Assembly (NCBI GenBank): GCA_965112155.1
Contig: OZ218099.1
Direction: 5' to 3' (one strand)
Origin: Podarcis liolepis
Lineage: Eukaryota
DNA length: 64,000 nt
Part shown: positions 51,392 to 64,000 of the stretch, one piece after another
Numbering within the stretch: position 1 is the first letter of the stretch
Layout: every line of letters starts with the position of its first letter
The notes under the pieces: generated by a model
Seen by the model: the letters and a program-made list of their open reading frames with translations, nothing else
Databases searched by the model: none
What the model was told of the DNA's origin: nothing
Position numbers and translations under genes: made by a program

Positions 51392-52309
51392 CAGAAGTGC
51401 ACAGAATAAATATTAAGCGAAAGTTTTAGCAGGAAGTTTAGTTCATGACTTGGTGTCTTTTAAGTTCGTACAGCTTGCTCCATTTCGGTCACGTATGTTT
51501 TGGCTGGCAAAAAGAACAACAACTCGCAAACTTGGCTCCCTGTTGTACAAAGAAACAGCTGCAGAGAGTTATTAGATATAACTACTTTTGTTCAGAGTTG
51601 CTGAACAGGTAGGTGGACCACCCGAGTCCTGGAAATGGCTCAGGGTGGCTGCTTTAATGACCACCAACATTGCTACGCTGCTTCTAGTCTAAAGAACCTA
51701 AGCTGTGTCAAGTCTTTAATATCACTCTTTATAAATGATGTTATTCATTACAGCAGAATTATAGCCAGACCTGAGCTGTCTGTCACACCTAGCACCCCAG
51801 ATGCTCTAGATTCCATGGTTGGTTCTCCAGTCCATGTATCTATCGAAAGTGACCTTTTAGAGGCTTAGGTTGCTACTTACACTGAACTCTCCCTCCATTA
51901 GATACAAACACTAAGATCTGGCCTATACTTATTTTAAAAAATAAATGAAAACAGCCTGTTCCTAGTACCTTATGCCCATCATCTCCATCAGGTGTACCAC
52001 CTTCTCCAAGCAGTTCTTCTGCCTGGTGTGGTCCATCCATGGGGACGGCGCCAGGTTCAATCCCCAGCATCTCCAAGTAGGATTGGAAGAGACCCAATAA
52101 AAAGGAGCCAAATAAAAAGGCTGAGTTGGTAACTGGAGTAGTGAAGCTACCAACAGGTGGGGAGCCTTTTTGGGGGGTGGAGGCTGTGTGGTGGCCACTT
52201 TTGTAGGAGAGCAGAAATTAACCCGCAGTGGTTTCACTACCTAAGCTGTTGGCCTCAGAGTCTCAAGCACTCCCCGCTTCTTTTTAAAGGCTGGGCACAT
52301 CTGCTTTTA

Positions 52310-52311
<2 letters not shown>

Positions 52312-52346
<35 letters not shown>
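52312..52346. repeat. (CT)n microsatellite
   Basis: Read directly. Confidence 0.95.
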
Positions 52347-52350
<4 letters not shown>

Positions 52351-53579
52351 AAAGGCTTATCTCAAGGTTCCTCCAGCCCTGGAGCTCTTGCTGAGTGACT
52401 GCATGGAATCAGAGCTCCCACTCTACAATTGAAGAATCCACGTGGGTGCGAAAGTATCTACCCCACCCCCCTTTCTTCCTCCGAGACTGAATTAGCAGCT
52501 TGGGAAGGAAGCCCTGCATAAGCCACGCATTGTGAGAGTGCCAATGCAATCAGGCCAAGGGAAGGATCAGTGATGGCTAATGAATTCTACCATCTGCCCA
52601 GGGTAGAGGTGGCTATTTAAAGGATGTGAAGCAATGATGTGGCGGGGGCCAGGCCAATGCATTTTGGCACCTGGGATGAATAGCAAAATGGTGGCCCCCC
52701 TCGCAACCACAGAAGAAGAGGCGAGTGAAGATCTACATCAGGAACAAGATGGGAATAAAGATCTACATCTGCTGCCCCGTGGATCCTGCCGCCTGAGGCA
52801 GTTGTCTCTCCTTGCCTCATGGGTGGGCCAGCACTGAATGCAGTTCTCCTGTGCTTTCTGAACCCAGGGCGTGGCCAGAGAAGTAGGCATGCAGCTGGCA
52901 CGAGAGAAGGAGACACACACATGTGTGAACAGAGCATGGGGCTTGGCATGTTTCTGGGTCCTGACAATGTGGTGATGGGTGTTCCCATAGAAGAAATGGC
53001 CTGCTAAAGTCTTCCTCAAACTTAGGTCTCCAGATGTTGTTGGACTACAACTGCCATCAGCCCTATTTAGCAGGGCCTGCGGACAGGAATGTTGGGAAAT
53101 GTAGTCCAACAACAGCTGGGGACACAACTTTGAGAAACACTGCCTTAGGGGGACAAAGGGAGTGGCTCCGTGCCAGAGGGCAAATGGCAGGGGCCCCTCC
53201 CTCAACTCAGAATTAGTTAGAAACACAAGAGCATTTGAAGTAGAGTTTTAGAGTTGGAAGGAGAGGAGCTGTTTTTAGAATTGCATTTTGCTGGGGTGTG
53301 AGGAAAAAGTTGCAGTCTGTTAAACGCAGCAAGCTGGAGCAGAGGGACAGAGGGCCATGGCTGATTTCTGCTGGCACCCAAGACTGTAGCCATGGGAGAC
53401 CCTCACAGTGTTAATGCTGTGAGCCCCTCCATCACAGCCTTAGTAAATATGCGAAAATAAACCACAGATCATAAAGACACCATGGTCTCCGCTGTGCCTC
53501 AGTTCCAAAGAAAACACAAACCCTGGGTAAGTGCCTGGAACCCCTGGAATCTTCCACCACCGTGGTGGCGTGTAACAAT

Positions 53580-53669
53580 CATAGCTGTCAACTTTTCCCT
53601 TTTTTTAAGGGAAATTCCCTTATTCCGAATATGATTCCTTGCAAGAAAAGGGAAAAGTTGACAGCTATG
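53580..53669. mobile_element. 90-bp hAT MITE
   Basis: Perfect 24-bp TIR catagctgtcaacttttccctttt; 8-bp TSD gtaacaat. Confidence 0.9.
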
Positions 53670-54044
53670 GTAACAATACCTTTCCCCATCCCAACTATTG
53701 CTCTGGAATAATAATAACTGGTGTCCTACTGTTAAGATTTGCCTGTTGCAGGAATCTTCAAATTGACCTCATGTCTATTTGCCCTCCAGCTTTCCCACCC
53801 GCCCCAAAAAACCCTCCACTTGTGGTAAAGTCAGGTTCTAAGAGCTTCTTCCCCCGAGGCTGATGTCTCCAGTGGCAATTAGGGAAACACAGTGCTTTGT
53901 GCAGGAGGAGTTCAGTGCTCGCCGCATGCTCTGACAAAAGGCACATTTTCAAACTGAGATAAGTGCCAATTAATTTTCGCTTCAGCTGCTAGGCAGCCTC
54001 GTGTATCTTGCACAAAAGCAGGTGATTTCCTCTTGGTAGGGTAC

Positions 54045-54045
<1 letters not shown>

Positions 54046-54098
<53 letters not shown>
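54046..54098. repeat. (GT)n(GA)n microsatellite
   Basis: Read directly; further (GA)n at 54682-54719 and (CT)n at 55300-55352. Confidence 0.95.
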
Positions 54099-54101
<3 letters not shown>

Positions 54102-54679
54102 AACACAGAAGCATCTATGTATGGCAAGGAGACAGAGAGAGGTGTGAACACATGCAGGGGAAAAATGTATATGGGAGAGAGCGCATAGGCTAAGAAGGCA
54201 CATGACATAGTCAGTACAGCTCTGGCTTGGCAGAGAATTACATTCTTTTGAAGGCTGCATTTGATCTACTCATCTATCTTTACTATGAGTTAAGAAAATG
54301 ATTTTTATTTGGGGGGGGGGAATGCCTCACATGTGACGAGTACCTCAATGGGCAACAGACAAAAACCTGTGAGTTTCTGTTAGTTACAGCTATGTACGCT
54401 TCGTCCCATGAAAGGGAAGTGAAAACATGCCAGATTGTAGGTATCTACAGTGGCTAAGGTTAAGCATTCTTCCTGAAATTAAAATAACCCAATACAGAGG
54501 ACCTAAAGGAGTTCTTTGGATGCCACCTCTGCCCATCAGACCACAGTCTGATGGGACTGTGAGAGCCTGAGCTGGAAAGACCTAGTAAGCAGAAGAGTGT
54601 CCACAGGTGCTTCAAAGGCAACTCCAAAGCCTGAGCTCTGTCACAGCTGAGAAGCCACTCTATTTAAGGTGGGAGGAGA

Positions 54680-54722
<43 letters not shown>

Positions 54723-55297
54723 ACACACATGCCTGCAGTGCTCCAGGAAGCACACGCTCCTGTCTTCCCCAAGGAACCACCTGAGCAAATCACAGCCAGC
54801 AGCAGAGCAAGAGATAAGGGCTGCACAATCAAACATTTATCTCAGCATGTAGGATTACAGTGCGTTCAGCCTCAGAAGGTGCAATGTGCCCAGTCTGACA
54901 TTGCTAGCAAAAGCAAAGCACAGAGATACGGGATCTTGTTGGAGATGTAAACCAATTGCCAAGATCTAGGCTTATTACACGATGGGAACTCGTTAGGGGG
55001 GACGGCAACTGCCCCTTCCTTTGTTTCTGGCTCACTTCCCAAACCAGATTTGTTCTTCAGCACCTCTTCTGATATTATTGTTTTCCTAACAGAGAGACGT
55101 TTCTCTGTGGGGAAACTGCATCAAAGCCAAGCCTATCATCACTGGGAGGCTGTAGCAACTCACAGAAGATGCCTTTTTCTTAAGAAAAAAATCAGCAGCT
55201 TCCTAGAGAACGTAGAGTTTGCTCATAATACAATTCCCTCCCTGAAGTGCTATTGTGGCAATGTGTGGTAGCAGTTATCCTCCCACCTCCTCTGTAA

Positions 55298-55337
<40 letters not shown>

Positions 55338-55517
55338 CGCGCTCTCTCTCTCATTCTCTCATATTTGCAGTGCCCATACAGAAAATTGTTTGAATTTGAA
55401 TTGTTTGAAAAGTCACCCCCCTTTCTCCATCATTTCTAGACTCACAACTGAAGGATAGATTTAATATAAATAAGTAAAGCAATCAAAAAGAGTTTTGTGT
55501 GCCAACAGATGCCTTTA

Positions 55518-55839
55518 CAGTGGTGCCTCGCAAGACGAAATTAATCCGTTCCGCGAGTCTCTTCCTCTTGCGGTTTTTTCGTCTTGCAAAGCACGGCTAT
55601 TAGCGGTTAGCGGCTTAGTGGCTATTAGCGGCTATTAACGGCTTAGCGGCTATTAACGGCTTAGCGGCTTAGCGGCTTTAAGAAAAAGGAAACAAACTCG
55701 CAAGAACTCGCAAGACGTTTCGTCTTGCGAAGCAAGCCCATAGGGAAATTCGTCTTGCGGAACGACTCAAAAAACGGAAAACTCTTTCGTCTTGCGCGTT
55801 TTTCGTCTTACGAGGCATTCGTCTTGCGAGGTACCACTG
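55518..55839. mobile_element. CpG-rich TA-flanked MITE (CAGTGGTRCCTCG TIR) with an internal minisatellite
   Basis: TIR cagtggtgcctcgcaagacgaa / ttcgtcttgcgaggtaccactg; TA TSD. Confidence 0.9.
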
Positions 55840-56849
55840 TACCAGGAAAACCAGTTTTCAAGAGTCAGCTAAGAATGCTTACATTTAAAAATGGCTATAC
55901 CATTGCTCATGTACGACTACCTAAGTAGATATCTAAGGGAAGCATACTCCTGCTATTTCTGCCAAATGGGAGTCAAAGGAATTGCCCAGTGTTATTTACA
56001 CTAACTGGTAAAAGCCAATCAGGGCCATGGGGCAGAGGACTTTCCTACCTGAGACCCTTTCATTTCAAAATCCAGGAACTGGACCCATCTGTAGTGGTGC
56101 AGACTGTCCCCATTGATTTCTTATTGTTCTTGTACTTTTATTACAATAGTTTTTACTGTTGTTTTAATATTTGTTGTTTTAATAATTGTTATATTATTGT
56201 TAGTTTGGATCACTTGTTTGAAGATAGGTAGGATAAATATGAAATAAATTAAAGTTAGATGAAATATATCTGAGGAAAGCTCATGTCTGGTAGCAACAGC
56301 TGGCATGAGAATAAGAGCTGTCGAGGAGTGTGTTTTGTTTGTTGGTTGGTTTTAAAAAATCTGTTTCCTGCCCTTCCACCCAAGGGTGGCAAACAGCCAA
56401 GTAGCAAAATAACAGAATTGAAAATAAAATATAAATAAATAAAAGTCATTTTAAAAAACATTGAGAACATCTAAAAACATACTGTGACAGCTAATAATGT
56501 CAAGATTGCTAGGAACAGTATATTACAGCTAACAAATGCCTGAGTAAACAGGAAAGCTTTTTAACCTCATGAATGTTAATAATGAGGGAGACAAGACTCA
56601 GGGCACTCCACAGATGAGGAGCTGCCACTAAGAAGGCCCTGTCACAGGTAAGCACCAACTATGCCTCCCTGCTGAACACAGGGGATGAGGGATACAGAGT
56701 CTGTTTCAAGTCCCAATTTTACTTACAATGAGGGCACATGAGCCTTTGAACAACAGGCTATATATTGCTTTCCATTTAAAAAGAAAAAAACCCAGATCAG
56801 TATGGGACCCCTACCTCCCGTGCAAGAGGCATCTGCCATGGGAAACATT

Positions 56850-57095
56850 CAGAACTAGGCAGAGGGCCTTGTCGGTAGTGGTGCCCACCCTGTGGAATTC
56901 CCTCCCATCAGATGTCAAGGAAATAAACAACTACCTGACTTTTAGAAGCCATCTGAAGGCAGCCCTGTATAGGGAGATTTTAAAGGATTGGTGTTTTATT
57001 GTGTTTTTTAATATTCTGTTGGGAGCCACCCAGAGTGGCTAGGGAAACCCAGCCAGATGGGCGGGGTATAAACTTAATTAATAATAATATTAATA
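56850..57095 (+). mobile_element. L2 LINE 3' end
   Basis: Encodes TRQRALSVVVPTLWNSLPSDVKEINNYLTFRSHLKAALY. Confidence 0.85.
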
Positions 57096-59664
57096 TATTG
57101 TCCCCTTGACAACTAGTTGGTGCTCTTGTCTCCTACACCTCCTATCCAAATACCAGGGCAAATCACAATTTGAGCAGGTCCCAGAAAAGCAAACAATAGT
57201 GCATTCCTGTACATGTCTACTCAGAAGTAAACCCCACCGCGTTCAGCGGGGCTTACTCCTGCATAGAGAACTGCAGTCTGAACAGATTAAATCTGCTTTG
57301 CTAATAGTACATTGCTCCAACTTCCAGTTTCACTGCGTTGCGTCACATAATGCAAGAAGGACGGCGTTCATCACACACTCAGCCCAATGCAGCCAAGAAG
57401 CATCCACTACAATGCTTGGTTTCTTGCTGCATATTTCCAAGCTGGGTTTTGTGCAGTTAGTGTCTACGGTTATTGATTTGTCTACCCTGGTGTGCAGCGA
57501 CTCACGGCAACAGGCCCGCTGGCATACTTAGCAGATTCCAAGGGGAGCCTCACCTAGCTGGGGTGCAGGTTCTAAGCCACCTGCCAGGGGGAGAAGAAAG
57601 GAGAAGCTTGTGCTTTTTTGGTAATTTCTCATCCTTGCCTAGGGGTAGCTGCCAATCACACTTTGACACCTGTCACAAATGCAGACAAGCCGTCTAGACA
57701 AATGCATCTGATTAGCATTGAAACAAGGATGGATAAATATATTTATGAAGGGTGTTATGTGATAAAGGTTGATCTGATTATTTCTTCCCCTCTTTCTGTA
57801 GCATCCCTAATAGCCCCAACTGAAAATATGATATAGTGCTAGGTCAGAGGTGGCTAATCCACAGATGAAATCTGGCTCACAAAGACACACAGGAAGTAGC
57901 CTACCAGCCTCGCAGCTTCATCTCCCAATCTGGTCAGAAGATAGAGTCCTTTATCTCCCAGTCTCAGTGCTGAGATCAAGAGATAGAATCCCTCTGCCAC
58001 TCCCCGAGTTCTCTGAAGAGCAGCCAGAGGGATCATTTACCGTACTTTCCTTCTTAGTGCCAAGCAGCACAGTGCTGAGATTGGAAATAAGTCCCTCCGC
58101 CTGCTCTTTGAAGTAAAAGGCAGCCTTCTTCCTCACCCTCATTCCACAGCTGCCCTTTTACACGCAGGCAGCAGGCAAAGGGCTCACCTCTGATCACAGC
58201 GCTGTGGTGCTTGGTGCTGGGACAGGCAATAGAGCTGCTCTGTGGAGAGCCTTTGGAGATTCCAGGGAGCGCATGGAAAAAGGGTAGTATTAGAAAACTG
58301 AGGGAGGAAACAAGCTGTTTACGCGGAGATCAGATAAGAGGGTAAGAGTTGCAGGGACATGCTATAAACTGAGAACCAGCCAAATATACTCCTCATTACA
58401 GTATAATTTATATGATGTGCTTAAAAAAATCCAACTGCATACTTGAAAAAGTCAAGAGAAGATAACCTGATGTCAAGAACACTCTCTTTTTAGCCTGGAA
58501 TGTGTCACTCTGGAATGCTGTTGAAGTAATATTAAAAAAGCAAGAGAGAGACTATATGTGCATATGTGTGTCTTTCATTCAATTTACAGACACGGAAAAT
58601 TTAAAGAATGATTGTTAGAGACATTTGCATCAGCAATAGCAGCTTGGTACTAGCCTCCCAAACATCTGCAACATCCCCTTCCAGCAGCAGGAGAGAACCT
58701 TAGGACCATGGGCATAGCTGAGGGGAGATGCTCCCCCCGCCCCCACATCAAGTAAAAAAATAGAAATACTAAACTAGCTGATGAATCATATTGATTCTGC
58801 CCCCCTAACAAACGTCCTGCCCCCCCCCCGCCCAAAAAATCCTGGCTATGTTCATGCATATTTCTTGCTCCTCCGCCCAGCTCTGAAGTTCTGGTTCTTC
58901 CAGGCTCACTTAGCTGTAGAAACTGCCACCAGGCAAGATAGTCTTGCAGTAATAGTGGCACTTGGTAGAACTACTTGGCATTGACATGGTGGATTTTTGA
59001 ATGTCCATTTAACTCTACATCCCTTATCTCAGTAATTTTTACAATAACCCTATAAGGTGGGACACTGCGATTATCTCCATCATGTAGAACAGGCTACCAT
59101 TGCCCTCTGGGGAGTGTTGCCTAAGTGCAGTCTACATCCTCGTTTTGCCACTCTCAGCAAATCCTGGAATGTACACAGAATAAATAAATGTACAGCAAAA
59201 CCATACCATGTAGGGGAAATAGCCAGCCCTTCTGTGTGCAACATTTAGGTACTCCTATCTCTGTCCTAAATACTCTTTCCTACATTACCGGGAAGTGAGC
59301 AAAGCATGCAGATCCTACACTTTCCTGAAAATACAAATATCAAGGTTCCAAGTGGAAAATCTGCCTATTTCTGGCCAATAAGAAATGCAACCATTTCTCA
59401 CTTCTCTTCCCTCTTCGACAAGTAACCAGTACAGTCCCCTAAATGGACCCATTTCCAAGGCACTACAGAATACTAAGTTTCACACCAAACCCTCCGAACC
59501 AGCTCTTGACTGGCATAACTAGGCTAGCTGCTGCATTTTGGAGCAAACGTATCTGACTTGCACCACCTGGAGCAGTGCTTGGATTGAACAAACACATATA
59601 TATACAAATATGTGGAGTAGTCCACATTTCTGCATGGTCTGGCTGCTTGCAGTTTATCAGGTGG

Positions 59665-59933
59665 TCATAGGATCATAGAACTGTAGAGTTGGAAGGGACC
59701 CCAGGGGTCATCTAGTCCAGCCCTCTACAGTGAAGAATCCCTGACCGACAGCTATCCAACCTCTGTTTAAAAACCTCCAGTGAAGGGGAGTCCACCCCAT
59801 TCGGAAGTAGTCCATTCCACTGTCAAACAGAAAGTTCTTCCTAATGTTTAGTCTCCTTTCTTGTCATTTGAATCCATTGGTTCAGGTCCTACCCTCCAGA
59901 GCAGTAGAAAACAAGCTTGCTCCATCATCCATG
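59665..59933 (-). mobile_element. CR1 LINE 3' end
   Basis: Similar to 14121-14415. Confidence 0.8.
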
Positions 59934-59963
59934 GGAAAGCCCAAGGTTAGGTTTTTTAATATA

Positions 59964-60132
59964 CCATAATTTTTGCACCATAACACTCACTTTTTTCCTC
60001 CTAAAAAGTAAGGGGAAATGTCTGTGCGTGTTATGGAAGGAATGCCTACGGGTGGCATGCCTACGGATTTTCCTCCTCTAAAAACTACGTGCGTGTTATG
60101 GTCGGGTGCGTGTTATAGAGCGAAAAATACAG
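59964..60132. mobile_element. Short TA-flanked MITE
   Basis: TIRs ccataatttttgcaccataacac / gtgttatagagcgaaaaatacag; repeated gtgcgtgttat; layout like 1024-1490. Confidence 0.75.
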
Positions 60133-61148
60133 TAGTCCTACAGTTGCTTTGAGATAAGTGCTGTGTGGCACCACACAGGTTAAGAATGCCTTTGAAAATC
60201 CCTTCGTAAGTGGCTGTACATAATTCCACGCTGTGCCTTACAGGGTGAGGGGAGATGGCCTGCCCCCGTGCCAAATGCGGGTTGCCTTTGAAAGTTTTAA
60301 ACATAAGAGCATTCACGCCATTCCCCAGAAGAAATCCATTAAGTCCTAAGATTCTCCCGACTTGAGACTAAGAAAGCAGAGAGTGATGGCACCTGCTGCA
60401 TAATAGGACAAAGAAGGACATCTCAATCTGCTCTGCCTCACAGGACAGGTGGGAGGCTCCCATCATATACAGAAAGCAAGTCTTTTGACTGATGGGCTCT
60501 AATACCCTCTCCCTGATCTCTCTCCCAACAGGGAGGGTGTGGACTGTTTGAACATTTATTCAAACAGTTGTCCTCAGCAAAACACAACACACAGGAGCCG
60601 TTCGCTCAAAAGTGTAGTCTCTGCACTATCTGAAGAAATACCCCCTAACTCCAGCTCAGTGTGCATAAGCCACAGACAGAGAGGCACAATCTGTAGCTTG
60701 CTTTAAAAAATAAATAAATACTATTTTTGCCAGCAGCAAAGCAGCTGCCAGTCCATTCCAGAAAGCTGCCTGAAAGTGTAATTAGTGGCAGATTAGCAGT
60801 GGGATTCTGATGGGGGTTCACGCAATGAGGAGAGAGGCAGAGAAAGACTTCCTTCATCTCCTCGGCTTAACTCTATGATCCATCTGGAAGTGGCCAAGTC
60901 TACCTGGAAGGTCAAGGTGGTTAGCTGGGCCTTTGCAGAGTTTTCCATGAAATGGATTTGTTGAGCCATTGCTTGGGCAAGATGGTGCAGTCCTTGGTGT
61001 ACTGTTTTTCATAGGCAATTCTCCTCAGATTTCAAAGAGCTTGTTATTAAGTCCAGAACTTGTTTAGAGATACATCTGTCAGCAAGTCTGTCATCTGTCA
61101 CCATGTGAACTATTAACTGAAGCCTGGGTATTCCACTGATAAAAACTA

Positions 61149-61389
61149 CAGTCGTACCTCAGAAGTTGAACTGAATCTGTTCCAGAAGTCCGTTCAACTT
61201 CCAAAATGTTCGGATTGGCTTCTGATTGGCTGCCAGAAGCTCCTGCAGCCAACTGGAAGTCGTGGAAGCCCCATTGTATGTTCGGCTTCCAAAAAGAGTT
61301 CACAAATCAGAACACTCACTTCCGAGTTTGCAGCATTCGGGAGCCAAAACGTTCGAGAACTAAGCTGTTCAAAAACCAAGGTACGGCTG
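61149..61389. mobile_element. TA-flanked MITE (CAGTCGTACCT TIR)
   Basis: ta-cagtcgtacct...aggtacggctg-ta. Confidence 0.8.
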
Positions 61390-62955
61390 TATTTGTCTTG
61401 TTGTTTCAGTTAGGGCCGTCCATATAGCAAATAATTATCAGCTGATTGACTACCTCGCTTTTAATTGATTACATGAAACTAAAAATTTAAGAGTCTCTGT
61501 GCCCCAATACCCACAACCTGACTTTAAAGAAAAATGAAGGCCCCTAATGGTAGATGAGTATTCATGGAAGGCCTCCTCTATAGATTTCGCTTAGTAACAC
61601 TGGACTCAACTTCTTCCCCCAATTCTGAACAGCTCCAATTAAAACAATATCTCTTCCACTGCCTTTGAACATTACATCAAGTGACTTGAAAGCCCCCAGA
61701 TGTTGTTGGACAATAATTTCTGAACCCACCGGCCATGTTGGCTGGGGCTGATGAGAGTTGGGAGTCCAACAACATCTGGGATCCCAAGGTTGAGAAAGGC
61801 TGCTTTAAAAGACTCTAGCTCTCCCCAAAGGCGCTAAGCTTAGCAGAGGTGGACTTACAGGCAGAGGCGCACAAGGCCTTGCTTCACTTCAAAACCTTAT
61901 GGGAACAAGTTGATTACTAGGAGCTCTCCTCGGTGCTGAAATGACAGATCTGCCTTGCTCTGTGGGCTCTGCCACAGGACAAGAATAGAACACTGCTGCA
62001 AAGTATATTGGACGAAGATTATTTAGAAATATCTTAAATGGATTTTGCATATATACCTAAAGAAGAAATGTGTGGCTATGCTTTGTTACCTGAAATTAAT
62101 ATATTTTTTTATAATAAAAAAGGAAAAAATTCTGTCAGAAAATACATATACTGTTTGTTGGGTTTGGAAATAAAACAAAATAAATATTTTTTATAAGTAG
62201 GTGAAAAGCCACCAGAGGACACTGGATCAGGGCCATCACACTAGAAGAGAAGGACTGAAGCCTTTCCTCCATGCTTCCCCCCTCTTTCCTCCATGGTTTC
62301 AATGCTGACACCAAAGCTTTTCCTAACTTCGGAGGGGTCTCAAGGTCAGGTACATAATGGACCTGCCTTTTTCACCTCCATGGCTAACAGCAGGTGAGGG
62401 GAAGGTTTAAGTTAGGGATATGGCATAGCACCAAATGGTTAATCATCCTTCCATCAGCCCCACATCCCTTACCAAAGTATCACCAGCAGTCTGGCACAGA
62501 TTTAAGCAACAACAACATGGGGAGGAATTCAGTGTTGTGCTAAGGCTATCATTCCTCCAGGACAAGCATTTCAGCTTGCCAGACGGAACAATCCCCCTTC
62601 ACCTCCCCCAGTGCACTGTTCCAGGGGGTTATCCCACCCCACCCCAGAACCAATCGTGGGGAACATTGGGGGAAAGAGAGGAAGAAGTTCTGCTGGACAA
62701 ACAGAAGTCCTTGTGTAGCATTTCCACTGGTGGGACTCATTAGTTGAATCCCACTTATGGGATTTTATTTTGAAATAAAGTTTAAAATACAGGCAACAAA
62801 CATAAGAACATACATTAACAAGATCACTAATTAAGGGAGTGAAAATGCACTGATTACAGTACTTAGTATATAATATGTACGCTTGTGGGACGATTAGAAG
62901 GAAACAGCCTAAGGGGAAGCACACTAACTATTGAGAGAGTTTGGATGTGCAAGTT

Positions 62956-63001
<46 letters not shown>
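62956..63001. repeat. (ATAG)n microsatellite
   Basis: Read directly. Confidence 0.95.
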
Positions 63002-63002
<1 letters not shown>

Positions 63003-63808
63003 CCATGGATAGAGATAGAAATATTGACAAACATACGCACGCACGCACACACATATTGGATGATTTTAACCGAAGAAAAAGGTGGCCAGAGATCTGAGCA
63101 CACATTCCACATGTCACATCTAGCTTGGTCTTGACCGAGTAGTATCCAAAAGTGTAAATAGCCGGCAGGGGAAAACATCCAAAAGTGACAAATATCCTTA
63201 TTAGGACCAACAAAAATGCCACAAAATAGGGAGCAAACTTTTGAGGAGAACCAAAACCAACTCAGAGATTTGAACAAGCTCATAACTTCCAACCATACAG
63301 ATCAAAACCTGATCTGGGGGAACCTGAGGCCCTGCAGATTTTGATGGATGCTAACTTCCATCAGGCCCTGCCAGCATGGTCAGTAATCAGGGATGATGGG
63401 AACTGTAGTCCAGAAACATCTGAAGGGTCTCAGGCTCCCCATTGCTGCTTCAGATCAGGGCTGAGGAAGCCATGGCTCTCCAGCATCCCTGACTCTCATC
63501 ATCCCTGACCATTGGACCATGCTGGCCAGGGCTGTTGAGATCTGGAGTCCAAGAACATCTAGAAAGCCACAGGTCAACTAACATATTGACTGAAGTTTGC
63601 AACCCGAATTTTAATACTTTGGCATCACTTTCCTGGGTGGCACATTTAGTAATCTTGGAGGAGATTTTGTTCTCAGCCACACACCCATCTCCAGCCAGAA
63701 AGGAACCAAAATGTACCCAGGAAATGGATGCCAGGTGCTGAAAGGAAGCCCCGGCACTTCAAGATTCTGCACATGCCAATAATAAGGGAAAGGTAAAGGA
63801 CCCCTGGC

Positions 63809-64000
63809 GGGACGCGGGTGGCGCTGTGGTTAAAACCTCAGCGCCTAGGACTTGGCGATCGTACGGTCGGCGGTTCAAATCCCCGCAGCGAGGTGAGCTC
63901 CCGTTGTTCGGTCCCAGCTCCTGCCCATCTAGCAGTTCGAAAGCACCCCCAAGTGCAAGTAGATAAATAGGGACCGCTTTCTAGCGGGAAGGTAAACGGC
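63809..64000 (+). mobile_element. Sauria SINE 5' part (different CpG-rich subfamily), cut by the window edge
   Basis: gggacgcgggtggcgctgtggttaaaacc head, B box ggttcaaatcc. Confidence 0.9.

Noticed and set aside
55585-55680. CRISPR-like or telomere-like array
   Set aside because: No unique spacers and not TTAGGG; it is a minisatellite inside a MITE in a vertebrate genome.
58186-58275. Cryptic USP43 exon with a GAG|gtgagc donor
   Set aside because: The ATG frame stops before the donor, the nearby acceptor gives the wrong phase, and there is no USP motif.

Overview
This is vertebrate genomic DNA, almost certainly from a squamate and probably a lacertid lizard, judged from Sauria SINEs, BovB LINE tails and lizard-type L2/CR1/MITE families. 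The whole window appears to lie inside one minus-strand gene, the deubiquitinase USP43 (paralog of USP31). I reconstructed 11 consecutive coding exons by hand (42525 down to 1), all with GT-AG ends and compatible phases. They include both zinc-ribbon CPHC motifs, the His box (HHGSMQGGHYTAY) and the Asp box (YDDS). I did not find the Cys-box or QHDA exons, so they presumably lie beyond 64000. Introns hold many TEs: BovB, L1, L2, CR1, Sauria and other tRNA SINEs, TA-flanked and hAT MITEs, a probable solo LTR, and microsatellites. Almost all supplied ORFs are spurious or TE-derived. The most notable observations are: (1) an L2 split into an inverted 5' half and a forward 3' half around ~670 bp of non-L2 DNA, with a candidate TSD; (2) an LTR-like element whose first ~410 nt form an open acidic, Trp-rich frame; (3) crossing inverted TE pairs around two USP43 exons; (4) several nested insertions. 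I see no clear evidence of a wholly new multi-gene system. All family names come from recognition, not database searches.
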